Positions 51,113 to 61,794 of a stretch of 64,000 nucleotides of DNA are shown here, in pieces. The notes beneath the pieces were generated by a model, which worked only from the letters and a program-made list of their open reading frames with translations, did no database searches and had not been told where the DNA came from. The position numbers and the translations under genes were made by a program. Within the stretch, counting starts at the first letter, position 1; the number at the start of each line of letters is the position of its first letter. Origin of the DNA: Leucoraja ocellata (taxonomy: Eukaryota); assembly GCA_036785375.1 (NCBI GenBank), contig JAWMAR010000104.1:3782001-3846000 (forward strand), in the 5' to 3' direction.

Positions 51113-53554
51113 CTCAGGGACATTGCACTTTTTAGAATTCGCCAATCCACCAGTTTCATTCGAGATATAATTGTTTCCTCCTGTGGGAGTGCGCCCGTTA
51201 GAGCCGATAAAATATCTCTTCGTAGATTGCAGTGTCGAACATGACTCATAGCGGAATCTTTGGGAAAGTGGATCTCCCCCAAATACCTCAACATAGTTTG
51301 GTGGTATCTGAACACTTCTACTGGCCTTCTGAATTCCATTCAGAGAGTTTCGTGATTCAAAGCAACAACAGATACCAAGTGAACGGTGCTGGTAAACAAT
51401 ACCAGTCCTGTTTTTGAGTAATTTAATGGCAAGGATGACTAAAATTATAAGGAAAATAATCGATATTATTCCCAAAGCTATAACCAAGGGAAACCTCAAT
51501 TCAGGACTGAACCTTGGATCTGAAGGCGAACTGTTGACAATGGGGAACGTTTCACTATCAGTCCCAACTACAGATAATACTATAGTCACAGTAGCAGAGA
51601 GTGATGGAATCCCATTATCTTTTACCAAAACCACCAACCTTTGACGAGAGGCATCTTTGCTCACAATTGGACGGATTGTCCAAATGTCACCCGTGTCTGC
51701 AGAAATGGTGAAAAGATTATGAGTAGCTTGAGAAATGTGATAAGAGAGACGAGCATTCTGACCAGCATCGGCATCAGTGGCTGAGACCTTTACAACCAAG
51801 TATCCAGGTTCTGCAAATCTGGATATTGTTTCTTTTGCTGTTGAGCCATATTCTGGTGAAGGTTGTAAAATCACTGGAGCATTGTCATTCTGATCAAGGA
51901 TAACAACATTCACTGAAGCATTACTCGTCAGCGCTGGCGCACCAGAATCCTGCACTTTAATCTGTATCTGAAAGCCTTTGAATTGCTCGTAGTCAAAAGT
52001 TCTCCGAGCATATATGACACCGCTCTCCGAGTGAATTGAGACATAAAAGGCTATTGAGAAATTTTGAACTTCTGTCTCCAGGATAGAGAAGTTCAGTCGG
52101 GCATTTTCTCCTACATCTGGATCGAAGGCCGTCACGGAATATATAGAAGCCCCAATAACATTGTTTTCCTGAACATTTGCCGTGTACACCGGCCGAGAAA
52201 ACCTTGGAAAGTTGTCATTTACATCTGAAACCTCTACGCGGAAAGTTTTCTGCGAGGTAAGAGAAGGGTAGCCCGCATCCGTGCATATTATAGTGATATC
52301 GTATTTGGGGACAGTCTCCCGGTCCAGTGGACGTTGTACCAGAATTCTGTAATAGTTCTTGATAGATGAATCCAGCTTAAAGGGGAGTTGATTTGAAACT
52401 TGACATTGTACTTCTCCATTATGTCCGGAATCTCGGTCTTCTGCGCTGAACAGTGCCACTACCGTCCCAAGTGGAGCGCTTTCCGAGACAGTCCCTGACA
52501 AAGACCGCAGTGTCACATCCGGCGCGTTATCATTCACATCGACAATTTCCACCAATACATCACAGTATTCTGGTATTGCGCCAGAACCCTTATCCATCGC
52601 CTGTATGTTAATCTCAAAGGTATTGCTCTCTTCATAGTCTAAGTTCCCTTTGAGCCTGATTTCACCAGTTTTAGGGTTCACTTCAAAAAGCTTACGGGCA
52701 GCATCAGAAAGATGGCTGCTGAAAGAATAAACAATCTCTCCGTTGGGCCCTTCGTCCAGGTCAGTGGCGTTCAGTGTGATGAGCAGGAAGCCTCTCGGCG
52801 CAGATTCCAACAGGCTGACTTTATAAACCGACTGAGTAAAAACAGGCACGTTATCGTTTCCATCTTTCACGACGATTATAATCTGAACCGTTCCCGATCT
52901 CGGAGGCAAACCGCCATCCTCGGCTATCAGAGTTAAATAGTGGGTTGCTATTGTTTCCCTATCCAAAGGCTTCTCTAACAACAACACTGGGAGCTTTCTG
53001 GTTTCACTGCGCATTTGTACGTCGAGAGTGAAATATTCATTCGGTTGTAGCTGATAACTTTGCACAGAATTGGTGCTAATGTCAGGATCATGTGCGGGTT
53101 CGAGAGGAAATCGCATTCCCGGTGTTGCAAATTCTATGATTTCAAGGCGAAACTGTTTGTTTGGAAAACCAGGAGCATTGTCGTTTACATCGAGAATCTC
53201 CACCTCCACCGGGTACAGGCTCAAAGGATTTTCAAGCACAACATCCAAGGATAAGCGGCAGTCGAGATTAGACCCACAAAGCAGTTCCCTGTCGATGATT
53301 TCCTTTACAAATAAAATCCCACTTGTCAAATTTAAGTCGAAATACTGCTTCCTTGGACTGGGCGCTACCCGCAACCCGCGAATCGACAGCTGCTTTACAT
53401 CTAAACCCAAATCGACGGCGATTTTCCCAACAAAGGCTCCCTGTTGCAGTTCTTCAGGAATAGAATAGCGAATTTGCCCAAGTACAAGATCGCAGTTGGA
53501 GAGCACACAGTACAATAATAGACATTTTATCAACCAATATATTTTGTATCTCAT
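51113..53554 (-). CDS. Clustered protocadherin variable exon V8 (type B), 814 codons; read-through ORF ends at 51104
   Basis: Full architecture; donor GAG|GTAAGT at 51112-51107. Confidence 0.96.
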
Positions 53555-53744
53555 TGCAAGAAGACGTCATCCCAATGGTTTCATGCCCAGATTGTCTTCT
53601 TCATTGTCCTGTTAACGGCGAATCGGCTTTAAATACAACGAATGCTATTTTCAGCAAAACACTCGTACCTTATGCTCGCATCTCTCGAGTTATTTCATTC
53701 ATACGCTCTCATTTTGCCTTCAGTTACGCGAGGATTCCTGCAAA

Positions 53745-53912
53745 TAGTCCAACAGAACAGCTCGCTATCCGGTTTTCGCTGTGTCTGATCTTACATGATG
53801 GCTGCCGTGTCGTGAAGGGGGCTGTCCGGATCACTAATTACATCTCAGCTCCTGATTGGTGCTGCCCCTCATTGATATTCGACCAATGAGGGCTTTCCTG
53901 TTTCTTAAAGCT
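53745..53912 (-). promoter_or_regulatory. Promoter module of V8 (diverged)
   Basis: GATGGCTGC, AAGGGGGCTG, ATTGG 53855-53859, CCAAT 53883-53887, TTTCTTAAAGC. Confidence 0.75.
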
Positions 53913-55767
53913 GTAATGCATATAGTAGTACTGAAGTGTTGTATTTATTGCTGTGCATGTAAACTTTCATTCAGACTTGTGGATATTTTTGCTTATCTGG
54001 TCAATAGACTGCTGGTCCGAGTTCTTTTTTTTAAAATCCCAGTTATTCGAATTTATAATTTGAAGAATAAATATTAAAAAACTGTTTTGAGAGGAAAACA
54101 AATATAAGAAACAACAAAAATACTGATAATCTAATTCTATTCAAGATATATTTAAACGATATCTTCTTCATTTTCCAGCCATATTCAGTCTTTTTTAGTC
54201 GAGAAAGACAGATTGTTGATTGCCATTCAAAATCAATAACATTCATTTTATTGTGATATTTAACGGGATTATTGGAGATTTATTGGTATTTGGATAATTA
54301 AATACACAAACTAATTACATTAAAATATGCAGATGTTAGAACTGAAATAAAGACAGAAACGGCTCGATAAAGTTCCATGTTTCATGCCGCAGCTGTAAAA
54401 TAAATGTCTACTTCCTTTGCATACATTTCAGGACCATTTCGAAAAGAAGCATCGGCATTCGAATGTCTTGTATTAATTTGGGGAATGTCACTGTTTTTTC
54501 ACGAATAGATGAATAGCTGCCATGAACTGCTTTTTCAATTTTCATTGTACATCGTTCATGAGATTAGTCACCAGGTTGTTGTTCATATCGAATCACCACA
54601 GAGTTATGCTTCTTTAATTCTTTAGCCACTATATGCCACTGTAATCAACTTCACCGTTTACATCCCTCGCGGACATCATGCATTGATTTCCCTCACCGTC
54701 GATGTTTCATTCATTATGCAGTCTTCAAGTTTTTCTGCATGGCACAATCGTCTGATGCATCGACCACATGCTGGAAGCCACATGAATAGTGTTATATATG
54801 TTGAGAATACCGACTGAACTTGGCCTCCAGTAATCTTTAAATTATTTGGCTTACAAATGAAGATAAGTTTCTTTTGATTCGTTTAAAGCGAATTGTGGCA
54901 TGCGTGGTAAGTAAGTGATCGATTCAAGGAGAGTCTTGTTGGCTCTAACCCACAATCAGATCTTGCTCTCATGTTTCCAGACTCCTTTGCTTAACAAGCA
55001 GAGATGCGATTTTCTTGCTTGCCAAGCTTCTGAAAAGGTATCTCTCACGAAATTCCATTGAAATCTTTGATGGTAGGTCTATTCTTTGATAGGTGTTAAA
55101 TATCTCTGAATCTGCAACTGAACACACACCCACCCCTAAAAATGAAGTACATCCTTTGGGAAAATGTAACAGCTGGAAGGATCGCGTCGGAGTTATGAAT
55201 GACCATTTTCCAGTTGTTTAGATTAGCAACTTGAACAATAGCGACATTCTCGAAGGAAAAAAATTGCGATTGTTCTGTCTCCTTAAAATGCATTGCAATA
55301 ACCTCCTGGCGCTGATTCAAGGGCATGTTTAAAAATCCCCACTGTCATCACAATGATAAATGGCATTCAACTAAATCATGTAGTCACAGGGCATAGCAGC
55401 AAGCTTGTTGGCCAACTGTGTCCATGCCAACTATCGATTAACCATCTAGACTCTTGCCATTTATAAATATTTTCGTAGTCTTCTGCGGCTCCACCACCCA
55501 CTCTTGCTGATTCACATCATAGTGTGGGTGGTCAAAATATTTCCCCGATGCACTCTAAACTGGCGCTAATAACAATATACATTCTCTAGTTTTTGGCGTT
55601 TCTGTAATAGGGAAAGTTTTCCTACGCTCTACCTCATCTCAGTCACGCATACTTTTATAAATATAAATATGGTTTCACCTCAGTCTGCTCTGCTCCATAA
55701 AGACAAATACAGTATCCATAACCTCTCCTCATCAATAAAATTTCCCACAGTGCAATATCTGGTGAAC

Positions 55768-55967
55768 NNNNNNNNNNNNNNNNNNNNNNNNNNNNNNNNN
55801 NNNNNNNNNNNNNNNNNNNNNNNNNNNNNNNNNNNNNNNNNNNNNNNNNNNNNNNNNNNNNNNNNNNNNNNNNNNNNNNNNNNNNNNNNNNNNNNNNNNN
55901 NNNNNNNNNNNNNNNNNNNNNNNNNNNNNNNNNNNNNNNNNNNNNNNNNNNNNNNNNNNNNNNNNNN
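55768..55967. other. Assembly gap (200 N, probably a placeholder size)
   Basis: Run of N. Confidence 0.99.
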
Positions 55968-57070
55968 CTCAGATTACATCACGTTGCATTAATCAGGATT
56001 AAATTCTACCTGACATTGCACTTCCTCGTGAATTCCTTCCCAACAATTACGAGTAAACAGTAAACACTATTATTCAACAGCACATTCCTAGACTGAAATG
56101 TTTTTAAAAAACGATTAAATGAATATGAGATGTACTGAAACTATTGTGCATTCTCATAATCAATCATTAAATCCAAGGGACAAGGAACGTCTTGAAAATA
56201 GCCAATCAAACGACGGTATCTGGAATGTGATGACAATTTGGTGATTGCAATTATTCTGTGTTTTTAATATTAAGAGCATGTACAAATCATACACAAATTA
56301 ACAACAAAGTGCAACGCGTTATACTTGGTAGTCAGTCATTAGTTCTTCCGTCGGTTGACAGCATCTACAGTTCCTTCCTACACTTCGGTTTTTACGCACC
56401 GATAGTGAGAGGGAAACGGTGAAAACGTTCAGATTGATAGTTTTTCATCTTTCTTCGAATTAAATTCTAAATACAAAATGCTAAATCTTGTCTCTTCCTC
56501 AATGGAAAATGCTTGTCGTGCTGAACTTGTTCTAGTAGTTTCTATTTTAGTTAATTGTAGCTTGGAAGGTATTTAGCCTTTGCTTTTGGACTACCAGGTG
56601 ATTTAATCAATCCGGGATGGGTTGAGGTCATGGTAACCAGAAAGTATCCATCATATTTTAACGATATGGCTAGAATTCCCACGCTGCTGCTAAAGGAACT
56701 CATAGCATGTATGTTTAGCTATATATTTGTCATATGGTCATAGGAATTGGAGCTAGTTTTAACAATTGCTGAATATTTTGATATTTTAGTTGGGTTAAAA
56801 CTCTTCAAACCAGATATATGAGGTTCAAAGCAAATTGGTATACCCGGTATAATAACCATTGGAATGATGTATATATGAAAATAACAGAAACAGTCGGTGG
56901 CATAAACAACTAAAATGAATGCTCAAATTAATTTGAAGCTGTATGCACAACATATTTTCCCCGTGTTATTAATTTCGTTCCAGTAATTCCAATGGCCCAA
57001 GTATCACGAATATTTATATGTATCCAAATTAATTGTGTGACGATTTGACTTACTTTTCGAAGCAACTCAC

Positions 57071-59517
57071 CTCATTACTTGTATAGAAGTTGGAAGCTTG
57101 AGACTTTAACATTCCTGGAATCTCCTTACCATTAGGGTTCTTCCGGGTACACTGCATTGCTGCAGGAAGCCCACATGTTTGAAGTGTTGTGACGTCTCTC
57201 TTCGTCGACTGCAGTGTAGAACACGACTCGTAACGGAAGCTCTGAGAAAGTGGATCACCTCCAAATACCTCGACATAGTTTGGTGGTATCTGAAGGCTTC
57301 TGCTGGCCTTTTGGATTCCATTCAGTGAAGTTCTTGTTTTGAAGCAACAACAGACGGTGTGTGAACTTTGCTGGAGTCCCAGTCCATTTCTGCGTTTATG
57401 AACCTTAACAGCAAGTAAAATTAAAATTACGAGGAAAATGATAGATGTTGTCCCCAAGGCTATGACCAAAAAATGGTTCAGATCAGGGATGAACTTTGGA
57501 TCTGTGGACAAGCTGGTGGCACTAAAGACCTTTTGATTCTCTTTCACAGACAATGCTAGCGTCACCGACGCAGAAAGTGGTGGCACTCCATTATCTTTTA
57601 CAACAATCACAACTCTTTGCTGAGACGCATCTTTGCTCTCAATGTCACGCACGGTCCATATTTCCCCCGTGTCTGCTGAAATAGTAAAGAGGTTGCGATG
57701 GGTAGCTTGTAAAATGTGGTAAGTCAGGAAGGCATTCTGGCCGGAGTCGGCGTCTGTTGCTGATATCTTCACAACTAGGTTCCCAGGTTTAGCAAGCCTG
57801 GATATTGTCTCCGTTACTGTTGACCCATATTTAGACATAGGGTTCACGATCACGGGAGCATTATCGTTCTGATCGAGGATAAGAACATCCACACTACAGT
57901 TACTGCTCTGCGGTGGGACTCCAGAATCCCGCACCAGCACATGGATTTGGAAACTTTTCAACTTCTCGTAGTCAAACGATCTCTGAGCAAATATGACGCC
58001 ATTTTGTGAGTTAATGAAGACATATGAGGCTACGGATGAATTCACGATTGAAAACTTCAGTCGAGCATTTTGTCCCTCATCTGGATCGTAGGCTGTCAGG
58101 GAGAATATAGAACTTCCAATGACATTATTCTCATTGACATTCGCCGTGTATACAGGCTGCGTAAACCTCGGTGCGTTATCATTTACATCTGAAACATCTA
58201 CATGAATCGTTTTCTTGGATGCGAGGGGAGGGTTTCCTGCATCCGTGCAAGTCACAGTAATGTCATACCTGGAGGTAGTTTCCCGATCCAGTGTATCCTG
58301 TATTAGCAGTCTGCAAAAACTTTTCATACTTGTGTCCAGCTTAAATGGCAGTTTACTTGCAATTTGACAATGCACTTGCCCATTTCGACCGGAGTCTTTG
58401 TCTTCTACGTTGAGCAGTGCAACAACTGTTCCGATTGATGTATCTTCTGGTACCGTACTGGAGACAGATGTTAATGTTATATCAGGAGCATTGTCATTCA
58501 CATCGATAACATCCACCAATACATCACAATGCTGAGGCATTGCGTAATGACCATTGTCGACTGCTTGTACATTAATCTCAAAAAACATGTTTTCTTCGTA
58601 GTCCAAATGACTTTTCAGTCTTATTTCACCAGTTTTCGCATCTACGCCAAATAGTTCATGAAATTTTGCTGAATTTTGGCCACTAAGTGAATATGTAATC
58701 TCACCATTAGAACCCTCGTCCAAATCAGTGGCGTTTAATCTAATAATCAAAGTCCCCACGGCAGCTGTTTCCAACATTCTGACGCTATAAACCGATTGTG
58801 AGAAAACAGGATGGTTGTCGTTCATATCTTGCACCGTGATTGTTACTCGAACCGTGCCCGATCTCACAGGGACTCCGCCATCTTCTGCAAAGAGCATTAA
58901 CTCGTGGGCCGGTATTGTTTCTCTATCCAAGGCCCTCTGCAGCACTAACACTGGTATTTTTCCTTCCTACTGCGTGTCTGTACATCAAGAATGAAATATT
59001 CACTGGGAAGGATCTGGTAAGCCTGCAAGGAATTCGTCCCAATGTCCGGATCATATGCGGAATCGAGGGGGAATCGCGCTCCCGGTGCCATATTCTCCGA
59101 TATTTCAAGGCGGATCTGGCTTTTGGGGAAACTGGGAGCGTTGTCATTTACATCGAGTATCTCCACTTCCATCTGGTGAAGACTGAGGGGATTTTCAAGC
59201 ACGACGTTCAAGGGTAAAATGCATTCGGTGCTCGACCCGCAAAGTTGCTCCCTGTCGATTCTTTCATTCACAAATAAAATCCCATTCTGCAAATTTACGT
59301 CAACAAATTGCTTCCTCGGGCTGGGCGCCATCCGTGTTCTGCGAGTCGAGAGCTGCTTTAAATCTAAGCACAAATCAATTGAGATATTCCCGACAAAGGC
59401 ACCCAGCTGCAATTCCTCTGGAACAGAATAACGAATCTGCCCAGAAACAAGATTCCAGTGGGAGAATAAACAGCAAAACAATTGGCATTTCTGCAGCCAA
59501 TATATGTGAAATCTCAT
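57071..59517 (-). pseudogene. Clustered protocadherin variable exon V9 with one 1-nt frameshift in EC2 (pseudogene, null allele or sequencing error)
   Basis: ORFs 58945-59517 and 57050-58951 join into a complete Pcdh; ATG to donor is 2447 nt versus 2448 in V1/V4/V5; lesion maps to about the T5 run 58957-58961; donor GAG|GTGAGT at 57070-57065. Confidence 0.8.
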
Positions 59518-59684
59518 TTCCAGGAGAATTCATTCGAACGGTATGAATCCGAGACAATATTTTTAAACGGTATCTTGAATCATTACAAATACAACGTTTA
59601 CAATCTGTACCTTCCTGCGCGATGTTGGAATATTTTCATTTAAATATCATCACGTTGACGTACAATTCGAAATGAACTATACGG

Positions 59685-59849
59685 AAACCATCCGAGCTGC
59701 GAGCTATCAGGGTTCACGGCGTCTGATTTTGTTCAATGGCGGCTGAGTATTGTTGGGGGCTGTGCAGATCCAGTCCCATCTCAAGTTCTGATTGGTGGAC
59801 CGTAATAATCACATCTGACCAGTTGAAGTGCAGCTCGTTTCTTAAAGCA
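59685..59849 (-). promoter_or_regulatory. Promoter module of V9 (second CCAAT mutated to CCAGT)
   Basis: ATGGCGGC, GGGGGCTG, CTGATTGG, TTTCTTAAAGC retained. Confidence 0.7.
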
Positions 59850-60905
59850 AGGAGGGCATATTTTGCAGCAGGGATGTTATATTACTTGTTGCACAATTGA
59901 AATGTCTTCCAGCATTTGGATGCATCAGCTTTTTTGCAAAATGTTAACTTTAATTCCTTATGTTCAAGATGAACACTGCATATTACGTAAAAGATTAAAT
60001 ATGAAGAAACTCTTCGACAATATTAGCATCAATAGGAAGTTCGGAATTCATCATGCTAACAATCCAATTACGTATCCACCATGTATGATTATTCCTTATA
60101 AACTACGATTTTTAATTACAATATTGATCCGTTGTCGCATGGAAAAATATAAGATAATCAGTTGCTCCACCAAAATAAAGAAGCTGTCTTTTTGAAATGT
60201 ATGTCAAGATAATGTCTTCTCAATGGTAACATTTGATTGATGATAACTGTCATATTTATATGTATACCCAGTATAAGGAATAGGTAGTGCATTAACACAT
60301 TTAGCCACAACTAGATTTCAATTTGCTAAGGGCATGTTTGCAAATTCTTTCCACCGACTTTGCTGTAGGAAAAAATAATGTGGTTCCCTGCATTAAAGTA
60401 ATTATGCTCACCATTATATCTCTTTATATATTTTATATTACAACAACATTGTACTTACGAGTTGAATGTAGAATTCATTTGTGCAATGGTTGTATACGCA
60501 ATCTAATGTCGCTGTTTTCTTATGACTGTCTGTGGCATGTTTTGTTTTCGTTATTGCCATATGTTTTCTTTGACCATATACATTGAAGGATATAATCCAT
60601 TGCCACTCCAGATTTGTTAATTTGCAATTGCCTTTTCAGTATATGCCATTATCTTTTCTTTTCTTTTTGCAAAAATTCTAAAACTAAAACATACATTTCA
60701 GATTTCAAAACAGTTTCACTGACTTGGGATATGCAATCTTTCTTCAAAACCTTTACTGACCCATGTGCCGAGTGTCTGTAGGAAAACGAAAACGTTACAA
60801 TGTATCCATAGAATATAATATCGAGGATCTGACAATAGATCAAGCAAGAATAGTCTGACATGAAGCATTCCTCCAATCTTGGAATGGACTCATCTATTGA
60901 ATAGT

Positions 60906-61045
60906 TATATGGATGGGAAGGGAATGGAGGGTTATGGTCTGAGCGCAGGTATATGGGACTAGGGGAGATTATGTGTTCGGCACGGACTAGAAGGGTCGAG
61001 ATGGCCTGTTTCCGTGCTGTAATTGTTATATGGTTATATGGTTAT
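60906..61045 (+). mobile_element. Very short young CR1 3' end
   Basis: Near-identical to 29109-29250; ATAGT flanks at 60901-60905 and 61046-61050. Confidence 0.9.
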
Positions 61046-61516
61046 ATAGTAAACTGAAAACATATAACCAGTACTAGTGTTTTGTTTGCAATTCTGCGCG
61101 CGTTAATACTTCTTCATATCTTCCTCTAGGGTTACTTCTGTTGCCTCGCCTCGCTTACTCTTATTAGCTCGTCCCACCAGAATCACTAAGCGCTGTTTCT
61201 CTTCAGTGGATATGAAATTCTATGGAGCCAATGAAACGTTCTCGTTTTCCTAAAGACACGAGAGATATAGGAAATAAAGAATTTGAAGAAAGATTTTTGT
61301 TTTCGGTATGCATATCCCAAGTCAGTGAAACAATTTTGAAATTTAGAAAGTAGAATATAGATTCCACTTGAATTGTTTTTAGTGAGGGCGGCTCTCCAAC
61401 AGTACAGATATCCAAGTTGTCGGAGTCACGCTATAACTTTTAAATATCCGTCCGTCAAAAATATACAAAACATTAATACTAAATTAAACATTTAAACGCA
61501 TATAGAGTTTATCCTA

Positions 61517-61794
61517 TTTAGTTTAGTTTCGTTTAGTTTAGAGATGCAGCGCGGAAACAGGCCCTTCGACCCACCGAGTCAGGGATCTCCCCGTACGCGA
61601 GTTCTATCCTACACACTAGGGACAATTTATAAAAGCCAATTAACCTGCAAACCTGTACGTCTTTGTAAACCGGAGCACCCGGAGAAAACCTACGCGGTCA
61701 CAAACGCCATACAGACAACACCCGTGGCCACGATGGAACCCGGGTCTCTGGCGCTGTAAGGCGGCCACTCTACCGCTGCGCCACCGAGACGCCC
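61517..61794 (-). mobile_element. tRNA-derived SINE, HE1/V-SINE-like, internally deleted
   Basis: Minus strand begins GGGCGTCTCGGTGGCGCAGCGGTAGAG (A box), GGGTTCCATC (B-box-like); CR1-type 3' end GGGCCTGTTTCCGCGCTG and (CTAAA)n tail. Confidence 0.85.

Noticed and set aside
566-59517. Assigning PCDHA/PCDHG/PCDH10 symbols or a delta/epsilon/mu/nu subcluster
   Set aside because: No constant exon in the window and no phylogeny available; no RGD seen in EC1
61720-61794. tRNA gene
   Set aside because: SINE head with degenerate B box, followed by SINE body and LINE-type tail
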